In this document: positions 1-8,925 of the stretch, piece by piece
Numbering within the stretch: the first letter of the stretch is position 1
Layout of the letters: the number at the start of each line of letters is the position of its first letter
Source of the DNA: an uncultured archaeon
Lineage (GTDB): Archaea > Aenigmatarchaeota > Aenigmatarchaeia > QMZP01
Assembly (NCBI GenBank): GCA_964498245.1
Contig: CAZCGK010000006.1
Location: 944-64,943, forward strand
Direction: 5' to 3'
DNA length: 64,000 bases
Notes under the pieces: generated by a model
What the model saw: the letters and a program-made list of their open reading frames with translations, nothing else
The model's database searches: none
Told to the model about the DNA's origin: nothing
Program-made: the position numbers and the translations under genes

Positions 1-889
1 AACCCAACTCGGTGGTTTTTACTTCGTCCACATTCATTTCTCTTTTAATTTCAGAAAGGATTTTATCATTATTTTTTTTCAAGATTTTGTAATCTTTTTT
101 CTTAACTAAATATTCTTCAACTAAAAAACTAATATTTGCTAATTCAATAACATCTCTCAATGAAATATTTCTTTTAGATTTTAAGTATGTTACAATTTGG
201 TGTGGTTGTATTAAATCTTCTACACTTAAAATATCTAAATAAGTTTGTGCTTTAGTTACTAATTGTTTGTCACAAATCATCTTTCTCATATCCACTATTG
301 CAGCAAATTTAATGATATATTTATAATCTTTTGGTAAATCTTTAAGAATTCGTCTTTGTAACCATCTCTTTAGGTCAAATCCTCTTTTAATAAAATTTGC
401 TTTTACAGGAGGTAAAATATATATTCCTTGACCAAAAGTTTTGAATCCTAATCCAAGTAATCTATTTTGAATTTGTTTTTTGGGTTCATTATATTTTTGG
501 ATAAGTATGGTAAATAAAGGAGAATCTAGTTTTTCTATTAAATCTTCCTTTGATATATTTTCTTTCTGAAGTGTTTCATTAATTTTATCTAATAATTTTT
601 TAAGCTGTTTCTTTTCGATAGATTCTTTCTCTTTTTCATCTTTTACTTCTTTATACCTTTCTATTAACTCTTTGTTCTGTTCTTTATAAATCTGGAAAAG
701 AGTTTCATACTCTTCTTTAATCTTTTTGTTAGATAATGTCTGCCATAATGATACAAAAATGCTAATGATCCCTATGGTAAAACTAACAATTCCAACAAAA
801 GGATAAAAATATAAATAAAAGAAGATACTACTAACTATCAAAAAAATTCCTATTAATATAAATAAATGTTTTTTGATGAATGACATCAT
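1..889 (-). CDS. Hypothetical membrane protein (partial, runs off left edge): two N-terminal TM helices, Lys/Glu coiled coil, soluble domain
   Basis: Manual translation from ATG at 889 (MMSFIKKHLFILIGIFLIVSSIFFYLYFYPFVGIVSFTIGIISIFVSLWQTLSNKKIKEEYE...) stays open to position 2. Missing from the ORF track because it has no stop in the window. Starts 8 bp after the MTase stop. Confidence 0.8.
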   Translation of the reverse strand, partial: MMSFIKKHLFILIGIFLIVSSIFFYLYFYPFVGIVSFTIGIISIFVSLWQTLSNKKIKEEYETLFQIYKEQNKELIERYKEVKDEKEKESIEKKQLKKLLDKINETLQKENISKEDLIEKLDSPLFTILIQKYNEPKKQIQNRLLGLGFKTFGQGIYILPPVKANFIKRGFDLKRWLQRRILKDLPKDYKYIIKFAAIVDMRKMICDKQLVTKAQTYLDILSVEDLIQPHQIVTYLKSKRNISLRDVIELANISFLVEEYLVKKKDYKILKKNNDKILSEIKREMNVDEVKTTELG

Positions 890-897
890 TATACATT

Positions 898-1827
898 TTA
901 ATTTGATCCCACCATCTCAGTTATTTTTTTCTGCTTTAATTCATCTATTGTTTCCTTTATTCTCTTCTCAGCTAATCTGACATATTCTTCTTCAATTTCA
1001 TAACCTACAAACTTACGATTTGATAAAATCGCAGCCACAGCAGTTGTTCCGCTTCCCATAAATGGGTCAAGAACAACATCATTTTCAAAAGTGTATAGTT
1101 TTATGCATCTAAGAGGTAATTCCACAGGGAATGGTGCCGGATGGCCTACTTTTTTAGCAGATTCGGCGCCAAAAGTCCAGATACTTTTGGTTAATTCTAA
1201 AAATTCATCTTTTGTCATTGTTGCTCTCTCATTGTTATGATTGGCTCTTGTAAAGGTGTCTTTTGAAAAAACAAGGATATACTCATGAATATCTCTTAAT
1301 ACGGGATTTTTTGCGGATAACCAGCTTCCCCATGCAGTGGAAGGACTAGCAGTAGATCCTTTGTTCCAAATTATCTCCCCTCTCATTAAAAATCCGACCT
1401 TCTGCATATCTTCAATAATAAAAGCATGTAATGGAATGTAAGGTTTTCTTCCTAAGTTTGCTACATTAATACAAACCCGCCCACCGGGAACAAGAACTCT
1501 ATAAACTTCTTTCCACACTCTACTTAGAAAATCTCTGTACTCTTGTAAAGAAAGATTTTCGTCATATTCCTTTCCAACATTATACGGTGGCGAGGTTACC
1601 ATTAAATGAACGCTGTTATCTGGTAGTTCTTCCATTTTCTCACTAGATTTGCAGAATATTTTGTTAATATTTTCTTTAGAGATCTTATTTTCAACAAATC
1701 TTATTCCTTTTTTTTCTCTCGGTAAACCTTCATATAAACGACTATTATAAAATCTTGAGGAATCATGATTTATTCTCCCAGGCGAACCAAAACTACTTGT
1801 CTTTGTTCCGTTTCTTTTACTTATCAT
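898..1827 (-). CDS. DNA methyltransferase, beta class (N4-cytosine/N6-adenine)
   Basis: Catalytic motif VTSPPY precedes the SAM-binding motif VLDPFMGSGTT; HPAPFP motif present. ATG at 1827 preferred over GTG at 1836. Confidence 0.93.
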   Translation of the reverse strand: MISKRNGTKTSSFGSPGRINHDSSRFYNSRLYEGLPREKKGIRFVENKISKENINKIFCKSSEKMEELPDNSVHLMVTSPPYNVGKEYDENLSLQEYRDFLSRVWKEVYRVLVPGGRVCINVANLGRKPYIPLHAFIIEDMQKVGFLMRGEIIWNKGSTASPSTAWGSWLSAKNPVLRDIHEYILVFSKDTFTRANHNNERATMTKDEFLELTKSIWTFGAESAKKVGHPAPFPVELPLRCIKLYTFENDVVLDPFMGSGTTAVAAILSNRKFVGYEIEEEYVRLAEKRIKETIDELKQKKITEMVGSN

Positions 1828-2713
1828 TCTCACCAAACCTCATTAAATTAAGGAATTTTTCAGCTTTTTTCTCGTAAGTATCTTCCTTATTTGCTACTTC
1901 GATAAGTTTTCCAAGTTCTTTTTTAGTTTTCATTCCTGCAAAAAACATCCGCTCTTCTTTCAATAAATCTAAAAGGTGTTGCTTAAACTCAGAATAGGAA
2001 TCAAATCTCATAAAGCCCTCTTGTTCTGTTGACTTGATATTTTCTCCATTATTATCTAAAGGTTTTGGATTTAATGACCAGAACCCCTGAATAATACCAT
2101 AATTTTTTAAATTGTCAACTTTTGTATAATAACTTCTTGTGATTGGTGTATTCCCAAGAATTATAATAGGAATTTTTGCAGATTTTAAAGAAGCGATTCT
2201 TACACTTATGCTTTTACCTATTGCCTTTAACATAGTGTCTGATCTCAACAATCCAGGATTACCTTGGTGTGTTCTATAATCACCCAAACATTTTAGGGAA
2301 AATTCAGAATTTTTTAATAATTCCCAATTCCATACAATAGACATCTTAACTTCAAAAATAGCAATTATATCTTCTGGTTCCTGAAAAATGGAATTAGTTC
2401 TACATATCGCAACATCAGCAGGGGAACCTTTAGTTAACTCTAACTCTTCACAAACAACATTTCTTACGGCATGAGCATTTAACTCTTTTGCAATAGGATT
2501 AAGAATCTCTTGTGACCATTTTTCTGTGTAAGCACCAATAAAAGCATTTCTGCTTTGTAGAGTGGTTTTTATACCTTTGTAATTTTTTGGCCAATAAGCG
2601 TAATACTTTCCATCTTTTGTAACATAAAAAAGTTGTTCTGGTGTTGCTATTTTTAATGATTTAGTAAAAAAATCGATCTCTCTTTCCTTAGTCCATAAAT
2701 GTTTATCTGACAT
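1817..2713 (-). CDS. Putative type II restriction endonuclease (PD-(D/E)XK fold)
   Basis: Candidate catalytic motif PADVAIC...IFEVKMS. Overlaps the MTase start by 11 bp. Likely start MSDKHLW at 2713. Confidence 0.75.
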   Translation of the reverse strand: MSDKHLWTKEREIDFFTKSLKIATPEQLFYVTKDGKYYAYWPKNYKGIKTTLQSRNAFIGAYTEKWSQEILNPIAKELNAHAVRNVVCEELELTKGSPADVAICRTNSIFQEPEDIIAIFEVKMSIVWNWELLKNSEFSLKCLGDYRTHQGNPGLLRSDTMLKAIGKSISVRIASLKSAKIPIIILGNTPITRSYYTKVDNLKNYGIIQGFWSLNPKPLDNNGENIKSTEQEGFMRFDSYSEFKQHLLDLLKEERMFFAGMKTKKELGKLIEVANKEDTYEKKAEKFLNLMRFGENDK

Positions 2714-2855
2714 TCTTCCCACCATTCCTTTTAATTTCATTAATCATAAAATTCTCAATCTGCTTTGATAAAATCCAGCCATTCTTTTCGCAAATTTTTT
2801 TATATTCTTCGTAAGTTTTCTCATCAACGCTTAATGAAATAATTTTCTTCCCCAT
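2703..2855 (-). CDS. Small ribbon-helix-helix (CopG/Arc-like) regulator, 50 aa
   Basis: Manual translation MGKKIISLSVDEKTYEEYKKICEKNGWILSKQIENFMINEIKRNGGKNVR*: alternating beta-strand (KIISLSV), helix, G-x-x-x-S turn, helix. Overlaps the endonuclease start by 11 bp. Below the ORF-track size cutoff. Confidence 0.8.
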   Translation of the reverse strand: MGKKIISLSVDEKTYEEYKKICEKNGWILSKQIENFMINEIKRNGGKNVR

Positions 2856-2870
2856 TTTTAACCCCATAAT

Positions 2871-2888
2871 TTATATAATCTTATATAA
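2871..2888 (-). promoter_or_regulatory. Tandem palindromic TTATATAA boxes (TATA box / candidate RHH operator)
   Basis: TTATATAA at 2871-2878 and 2881-2888, 10 bp apart, 16-33 bp upstream of the RHH ATG. Confidence 0.45.
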
Positions 2889-3028
2889 AGATAAATAAGA
2901 ATTCTTTATAAAAATTTCGCTGCCCCGCCTTTTTTAATTGAAAAACAAAATATATATTTCAGTATATAATTTTCTGGCGCCCTCGCAAAAACTCTCCTCA
3001 CTCCTTCGGAGTTCGTCGCCCTATCGGG

Positions 3029-3127
3029 TCACTTAACAGCGGTTATGAGGCAAAACTTCGCTTCGCTCGTTTTGACCCAAATTTGTCCTTTCGGACAAAC
3101 TTCTCATAACCGCAATATGTCAAGTGA
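3029..3127. repeat. attC-like imperfect inverted repeat / cruciform
   Basis: TCACTTAAC (3029-3037) pairs with GTCAAGTGA (3119-3127, one mismatch). GCGGTTATGAG (3039-3049) pairs with CTCATAACCGC (3103-3113). Two internal hairpins at 3051-3074 and 3082-3099. Confidence 0.6.
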
Positions 3128-3390
3128 AATTTTCAGAACCAAGCCCCTCACAGAGTTCGGGGAAAAATAAATCTTCCATTAATCATTCCGATTTATTTTT
3201 GTTGTGAAAACTCGAAACCTTTAATGTTCTCATTACTTCGGACTTAAAGCTTTCGCCACTCCAAGTATTCGTGGTCAACTAACATCAATTATACCAACAA
3301 TAAGTTTACAGAACCCAAACGATAGATTTATAAATAAAAGTAAACAAATTAAATTCACTGATTCTGATAAAATACGGGGTTTGAATTTTT

Positions 3391-4026
3391 ATGGAAAACA
3401 AAATACAAGAAATAAAAACTGGAACAACAACTGTTGGCATTGTCTGCAAAGATGCGGTAGTCCTTGCTGCTGATAAGAAATCCACTATGGGATTTTTGGT
3501 AGCCAGTAAGGATACAGAAAAAATACTGCAACTCGATGACCATATAGCAATGACAACAGCAGGTGTTTCTGGAGATACACAAGCACTCCACAGATATATA
3601 AGAGCAGAATTAAAGCTTTACAAGTTAAAAGAGGAAAGGAGAATACCTGTAGAAGCTGCGGCAAATCTCATAGCAAATATACTTTATGCCAGAAGGTTTT
3701 ATCCTTATATTGTCCAGCTTATTGTGGGTGGATATGACACACAGCCCAGACTTTACAGCTTTGATATGGCTGGAGCTATTCAAGAGGAAAAGGAATATTT
3801 TTCCACAGGTTCCGGCTCACCAACTGCTTTCGGAGTTCTCGAAGATAAATACCAACCTGATATGTCGGTGGAAGAAGCAAAAAAGCTTGCTGTAAGGGCT
3901 GTAAGAGCCGCAACAAAAAGAGATGTTGCTTCCGGTGGAAGGGGAATTGATGTGGTTGTGATAGATAAAGAAGGTTTTCACAGAGTTCCGGAAAATGAAG
4001 TAAAGAAACTTGAAGAGTCCGAATAA
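3391..4026 (+). CDS. psmB: Proteasome beta subunit
   Basis: Short propeptide then catalytic TTTVG; GSGS and RD..SG motifs. Confidence 0.97.
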   Translation: MENKIQEIKTGTTTVGIVCKDAVVLAADKKSTMGFLVASKDTEKILQLDDHIAMTTAGVSGDTQALHRYIRAELKLYKLKEERRIPVEAAANLIANILYARRFYPYIVQLIVGGYDTQPRLYSFDMAGAIQEEKEYFSTGSGSPTAFGVLEDKYQPDMSVEEAKKLAVRAVRAATKRDVASGGRGIDVVVIDKEGFHRVPENEVKKLEESE

Positions 4027-4107
4027 AGAGAAGCAATAACAAAAAGAAAGTGATTTGAAACTTTTTCCATTCATGTTTTTAGCTTTTCTCATATAAAGGT
4101 GGTCTCT

Positions 4108-5979
4108 ATGTCTATTTTAAAAGAACTCAGAGAAAAACTCCCGAAGAACGCGGATATAACAGAAGTCATGTTCGAAGGTTCAGAGATAGTTATCTACACC
4201 AAAAACAAAGATTTTTTTCGAAAGGGTGAATCCATAATAAAGGAGATAGTTTCCGAATTAAAGAAAAGGGTGGAGATCAGACCTGATTCATCAATCTGTA
4301 TGGAAATGGAAAAAGCAAAGAAGAAGATAGAAGAAATAGTGCCTAAAGAGGCTGGTATAAAGGCTATATATTTCGAGCCCGAACTCGGGAAGGTTATAAT
4401 AGAGGTGCAGAAACCGGGTCTGGTAATAGGAAAGGGTGGTGAAACTTTTCGGAAAATAAGAGATGAAACGCTGTGGCTTCCGAAAATAGAAAGAGCACCT
4501 GTAATAAATTCTGAGATTGTGAGGGCTGTGAGAAATCTTTTCCATATAGAGCTTGAATACAGAAAGAAATTTCTTAATAAAGTTGGTCAAAAGATAAACG
4601 AACCCACGGTAAAATTCGAGAAGAATAAAGAATGGGTCAGGATAACGGCCCTCGGTGGCTTCAGACAGGTTGGTAGAAGCTGTATTCTTGTTCAAACAAA
4701 AAGATCAAATGTTCTGCTGGATTGTGGTGTAGACCCAGCAACTTCAGAACATCCTTATTTCGAAGTTCCGGAATTTGATCTTGAAAAACTGGATGCTGTG
4801 TGTCTGAGTCATGCACATCTTGATCACTGTGCATGCATTCCGTATCTCTATGATAGAGGTTATACCGGTCCTCTTTACTGTACCCCTCCCACAAGGGATT
4901 TAATGGTTCTGCTGTGTTTGGATTACATAGATGTGTGCCATAAAAATGGAATAGAGGTTTATCCAAAAAAAGCTGTAGAAAAGGCAGTAAAACATTCCAT
5001 TACTCTCGGCTACGGGGAGGTCTCTGATATTGCAAGTGATATCAGACTAACCTTTCAACCTGCGGGTCATTTGCTCGGTTCATCACTCATTCACCTTCAT
5101 ATAGGCGAGGGGCTTCATAACATTCTCTACACAGGTGATTTCAAATTCGGTCATTCAAGACTTTTTGACCCTGCAAGCACACAGTTTCAACGAGTGGAAA
5201 CCCTTATAATGGAGTCAACATATGGTGGTGTCTCGGATATCATGCCTCCGAGGAGAGAGGTAGAGGCAAATCTTCTCAAAATACTGGAAGAAACTGTAAA
5301 GAGTGGTGGTAAGGTTCTGATACCATCCTTTGCTGTTGGTAGGGCACAGGAAATAATGGTTATTCTCGCGCAGAGCGGTTTTGAATATCCTGTATATATA
5401 GAAGGTATGATCTGGGATGCTACAGCTATACATACAGCATATCCTGAATATCTTTCCAGATACCTTCAGAGAGAAATATTTCACAAAGGCAGAAATCCTT
5501 TCATATCCGATATCTTCAAGAGGGTGCAACCAAAAGAAAGAGAAAACATAATAGATTCCGGAGAGCCTGGAGTGGTGATTGCAACTTCTGGCATGCTCAT
5601 CGGAGGACCAGCTATTGAATATCTCAAAGGCTTTGCACATGTAAAGAAAAACAAATTGGTTTTTGTCGGATATCAGGCTGAAGGAACGCTGGGAAGGAGA
5701 ATACAAAAAGGATGGAGAAGCATACCCATTTCCGGGGAGGGAGGAAAAACAAAAACACTGGAATTAAAACTTGGAGTGGAGACTGTTCATGGACTTACCG
5801 GTCACGCATCAAGAAAGGAGTTAATGTTCTATTTGAAACGCCTATCGGCCAGACCAGAAAGGGTTATAATCAATCATGGTGAACCTAAAAAATGTTTGGA
5901 ATTGGCAAGAGATCTCCACAGGGTATATAAAATAGAAACTCTTGTACCCAAAAATATGGAAAGCGTAAGACTGAGATAA
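4108..5979 (+). CDS. fttA: KH-domain beta-CASP ribonuclease aCPSF1 (FttA)
   Basis: N-terminal KH region (KPGLVIGKGG), MBL motif SHAHLDH, AGHLLGS, YTGDF and GHA motifs; adjacent to psmB as is usual in archaea. Confidence 0.95.
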   Translation: MSILKELREKLPKNADITEVMFEGSEIVIYTKNKDFFRKGESIIKEIVSELKKRVEIRPDSSICMEMEKAKKKIEEIVPKEAGIKAIYFEPELGKVIIEVQKPGLVIGKGGETFRKIRDETLWLPKIERAPVINSEIVRAVRNLFHIELEYRKKFLNKVGQKINEPTVKFEKNKEWVRITALGGFRQVGRSCILVQTKRSNVLLDCGVDPATSEHPYFEVPEFDLEKLDAVCLSHAHLDHCACIPYLYDRGYTGPLYCTPPTRDLMVLLCLDYIDVCHKNGIEVYPKKAVEKAVKHSITLGYGEVSDIASDIRLTFQPAGHLLGSSLIHLHIGEGLHNILYTGDFKFGHSRLFDPASTQFQRVETLIMESTYGGVSDIMPPRREVEANLLKILEETVKSGGKVLIPSFAVGRAQEIMVILAQSGFEYPVYIEGMIWDATAIHTAYPEYLSRYLQREIFHKGRNPFISDIFKRVQPKERENIIDSGEPGVVIATSGMLIGGPAIEYLKGFAHVKKNKLVFVGYQAEGTLGRRIQKGWRSIPISGEGGKTKTLELKLGVETVHGLTGHASRKELMFYLKRLSARPERVIINHGEPKKCLELARDLHRVYKIETLVPKNMESVRLR

Positions 5980-5983
5980 AAAA

Positions 5984-6331
5984 TTATCTGTGAACAACTG
6001 CATAATGAGGTGTAAGTATAAGCCAATTTTGTTCTACACCTGCAATATCACCACTGTTTGCTGCAACACCCTTTTTTATTTTATCCACAGCTCTCTTTAA
6101 TTCTCCCATATCTTTATCTTTAAGATTTTTTATATTGAGAAAAACTATTTCACCCTCTCTTATATGCTTTAGAACTCTATCTGTATCTGCGAAATCATTG
6201 AGTCTTTCTATCCTTATTCCTATTTTTCCAGGTCTTTTTTCCTGAGTATCCATCACATTGACTTCCATGTACTCTTCTTCCTCATATTCAGGTATTTCTT
6301 CAGGCCTGCGGGAAAAGAATTTCAGTACCAT
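5984..6331 (-). CDS. sepF: Cell division protein SepF (DUF552)
   Basis: VLKHIREGEIVFLNI...LKRAVDKIK...GDIAGV..NWLILTP signature. True start MVLKFF at 6331; the ORF-track extension is unlikely. Confidence 0.88.
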   Translation of the reverse strand: MVLKFFSRRPEEIPEYEEEEYMEVNVMDTQEKRPGKIGIRIERLNDFADTDRVLKHIREGEIVFLNIKNLKDKDMGELKRAVDKIKKGVAANSGDIAGVEQNWLILTPHYAVVHR

Positions 6332-6384
6332 ATCAACCCTCCAATTTATTCGAATTATTGAGTATAATTGTGAATGTAAGATTT

Positions 6385-6648
6385 TTAAACTTTTAATTTT
6401 GATTTGTTTTTCATACTTTCCAGAATGGAAACCATGTTCCATATCTGTGTTCTTGCATATGATGAGATGTTCGGATCGTTGGAAGCATCATCAAGTATCG
6501 AGATTAAGCAAGATATCTTTTCTTCTTCCGTTTTCAAATCCTTTATTAAGCTTAAAGATTCTTCAATGGAGGTTTTCACGTTTTTTGGAACACCTTTATT
6601 TTCAAGGAGTTCTTGAATGATATCATCAAGTGTCACCTCTTTCTTCAT
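6385..6648 (-). CDS. UPF0147 family protein
   Basis: VPKNVK...LDDASNDPNISSYARTQIWNMVSILE signature. Confidence 0.9.
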   Translation of the reverse strand: MKKEVTLDDIIQELLENKGVPKNVKTSIEESLSLIKDLKTEEEKISCLISILDDASNDPNISSYARTQIWNMVSILESMKNKSKLKV

Positions 6649-6663
6649 TTTCTCACCCCCTAT

Positions 6664-7011
6664 TCATCCTCCGTATTCCTGATCCTTTCCTGCTTTCAGC
6701 AATTTCTGCCTCAGTTCTTCAATTTTATCATTAACCATTTTTTCCGTTTTTTCAACAGATTTTAATCTTACTTCTAATGTTTCTTTTTTTTCATTCAACT
6801 CTTTTTTAAGGGTTTCCACAGGGGTTTTTACCAAAACTGGTCCAGCGATCTTATAGGCATTTTTTTCTTCTGTTTTTTCCAACTCATTTAAAGCTTTTTC
6901 TATTTCTAAGGATTGAAGCTTTAGATTTTCTTTTTGTGCGAGTATTGTTTGGAGTTGTTGCTGGTAAATCTGAATTTGATTCAAGAGTTGTTGATTGTGT
7001 TGCGAAACCAT
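6664..7011 (-). CDS. pfdB: Prefoldin beta subunit
   Basis: Coiled coil, hairpin (YKIAGPVLVK), coiled coil; position in the exosome superoperon. Confidence 0.95.
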   Translation of the reverse strand: MVSQHNQQLLNQIQIYQQQLQTILAQKENLKLQSLEIEKALNELEKTEEKNAYKIAGPVLVKTPVETLKKELNEKKETLEVRLKSVEKTEKMVNDKIEELRQKLLKAGKDQEYGG

Positions 7012-7026
7012 TTTAAACCTCCTTTA

Positions 7027-7164
7027 TCATATAGCTTTTACTCTTTTTGTTATTTTCGGTCTTGTCTTTTTCAATACTCTGTAACCACAATATGGACAGA
7101 TAATTTTTTTAGCGGTTTTCAAATCTATTTCAACTTCCTTTCCACAGTTAAAACACTTATACAT
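7027..7164 (-). CDS. rpoP: RNA polymerase subunit P (Rpo12)
   Basis: Manual translation MYKCFNCGKEVEIDLKTAKKIICPYCGYRVLKKTRPKITKRVKAI*; Zn ribbon; canonical position after rpl37ae. Missed by the ORF track. Confidence 0.95.
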   Translation of the reverse strand: MYKCFNCGKEVEIDLKTAKKIICPYCGYRVLKKTRPKITKRVKAI

Positions 7165-7199
7165 TAAACAACCTCCTGTTTCAATAATTACGTTTTTGA

Positions 7200-7412
7200 C
7201 TAAGTGGGTTTATATGCTTTACCTGCAAACTTTGCTCCACACTTTTTGCATATCCATATACCGCTTATTTCCCTTCTCAATGCAATTTTTGTACATTCTG
7301 GGCATTTGTACTTTTTTTGTGTACCTATTTTTATCAGCCTTTCTTTTATCTTGCTTCCGTATCTTGCCCCATATTTACCTGTAAATCCAACTTTTTTTGT
7401 TCTCTTTCCCAT
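7200..7412 (-). CDS. rpl37ae: 50S ribosomal protein L37Ae (eL43)
   Basis: TKKVG.TGKYGARYG; CPEC...GIWICKKCG.KFAG.AY. Confidence 0.97.
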   Translation of the reverse strand: MGKRTKKVGFTGKYGARYGSKIKERLIKIGTQKKYKCPECTKIALRREISGIWICKKCGAKFAGKAYKPT

Positions 7413-7457
7413 TTTGTTCCTCCTTCATAATTTATGAGACTAAGAGAAATTTATAAT

Positions 7458-8225
7458 TTATGATAGCAACTTTCTTAAAATTTTTCCCTTTTCAAGCGCA
7501 ATTTTAAATGCTGTTTCTATTTCATTCATATCCAAGGGTTCTGAGCCCATTTTCTGAAGAGCGCATATGTTTCCGTTATCTTTGGTTGCTATTATCAATT
7601 TTGTTCCCATAACTCTTTCTTCTTCCAGCGTTGGGTCTACAACGAGTTTGTCTGCTATTTTAGCTACACTTACAACAACGGGTTTAAACCTTACCGGAAG
7701 GCTTTTGATTTTCTTTTCGTAATTGATCTTTTCTCCGTCATATTCCGGAATCTTTGTGCATAGCAATGCCTGGATTGCGGCAAGGGCTGAAGCATCTATA
7801 AGATTACCTGAGTGATTGAGTGTGTGAATGTCCAAGTTTATTATCCATACCTTTTCTCCTTCTGTTATACATAATTTTTCCGTATCTATTGCACCAGATT
7901 CCCGTATTCCCCTGTCCACAACTCGTGCAAGTTCTATCGCATCTTCTTTCGGTGGTCCTGTCTCGAATTCCGGAGAAGCAAGAGGTGAGAATTCTGCATT
8001 TACTATCAACACGCCCTCATTTGGTTTGTCAGGAAAGGGAGCACCAACGCTCATTTTTACACCAGCGAGAACCTGTGTATCACCTATACAAACCTTTGCC
8101 GAGCCATCTGCTTTGTAGACAACATCCTTTTCAATGATTATCTTTCTATATTCATCCAGCTTTCTATCATCCATTCGTTCTCCCTTTGCAATAAGATTTA
8201 TCATGTATTCATCTTTTATTCGCAT
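7458..8225 (-). CDS. rrp42: Exosome complex component Rrp42
   Basis: RNase PH fold: KADGSAKV, IELARVVDRGIRES, GNLIDA. Confidence 0.96.
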   Translation of the reverse strand: MRIKDEYMINLIAKGERMDDRKLDEYRKIIIEKDVVYKADGSAKVCIGDTQVLAGVKMSVGAPFPDKPNEGVLIVNAEFSPLASPEFETGPPKEDAIELARVVDRGIRESGAIDTEKLCITEGEKVWIINLDIHTLNHSGNLIDASALAAIQALLCTKIPEYDGEKINYEKKIKSLPVRFKPVVVSVAKIADKLVVDPTLEEERVMGTKLIIATKDNGNICALQKMGSEPLDMNEIETAFKIALEKGKILRKLLS

Positions 8226-8238
8226 TTTAACACCCTCC

Positions 8239-8925
8239 TTATTTTATTCTCCACTTTTCTCTTAGTGCTTCTTTCTGCTTTTCATAAATTATCTTGCAAC
8301 CCTTAATGGCGAGGTTTATGATGTTTTTTATATCTTCAGGAGACATATCTCCATCCATTTGAAGAAGTGTGATCTTGTCCAACCTGGGCATGTATGCTAC
8401 AGGTAAATCGCATTGGGTTATATCCTCTTCCTTACCTTCAAGATCAAGAACGTACTGATTTTCTATTTTTCCTCCTGCAACAGCCGCAACCAGATCTCTC
8501 ATCGGTATACCTGCATCGGCGAGGGCAACACTTGCTGCATTTATACCAGCTGTTCTTGTTCCTGCATCAGCTTCGATTATGTCAATAAACACTTCTATGA
8601 TAGATTTTGGAAATTCTTCGAGAAAAATTGCCGGTTCTAAAGCATGTCTGGTTACTTTTGAAATTTCCTGGCTTCTTCTGGAAGGACCTGGTTTTACCCT
8701 CTCTTCTGTGGAGAATGGAATCATATTGTAGTACGTTTTGAGAACTGCTCTATCAGAAATTTGCATGTGTCGTGGAAACATCGTTCTGGGCCCGTAAACC
8801 GCGGCTATAGCTGTGGTTTTTCCCAAAGAAACAAGAGCAGAGCCGTCTGCTTCTTTTATAACACCAACTTTTATCACCAAAGGTCTTAATTCATCTGGCT
8901 TTCTATTATTTTTCCTATCCACCAT
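8239..8925 (-). CDS. rrp41: Exosome complex exonuclease Rrp41
   Basis: ADGSA, AVYGPR, PSRRSQEIS, EADAGTR, QMDG motifs. Confidence 0.96.
   Translation of the reverse strand: MVDRKNNRKPDELRPLVIKVGVIKEADGSALVSLGKTTAIAAVYGPRTMFPRHMQISDRAVLKTYYNMIPFSTEERVKPGPSRRSQEISKVTRHALEPAIFLEEFPKSIIEVFIDIIEADAGTRTAGINAASVALADAGIPMRDLVAAVAGGKIENQYVLDLEGKEEDITQCDLPVAYMPRLDKITLLQMDGDMSPEDIKNIINLAIKGCKIIYEKQKEALREKWRIK

Noticed and set aside
1817-2713. Assigning a named enzyme or recognition sequence to the R-M system
   Set aside because: I could not recognise the family reliably. The palindromes I checked by eye (CTAG, CGCG, CTCGAG, GGATCC) all occur in the window. This needs REBASE comparison or methylome data.
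2900-3390. tRNA, SRP RNA, RNase P RNA or IS element in the structured gap
   Set aside because: No cloverleaf/TTCGA, SRP helix-8 or RNase P P4 consensus, and no transposase or clear target-site duplication.
5984-6442. N-terminal extensions given by the ORF track (sepF to 6442, also 24988, 53690, 36111, 35304, 2740)
   Set aside because: They overlap neighbouring genes or promoters. Downstream ATGs with SD-like GGTGA/GGAGG and family-typical N-termini fit better.
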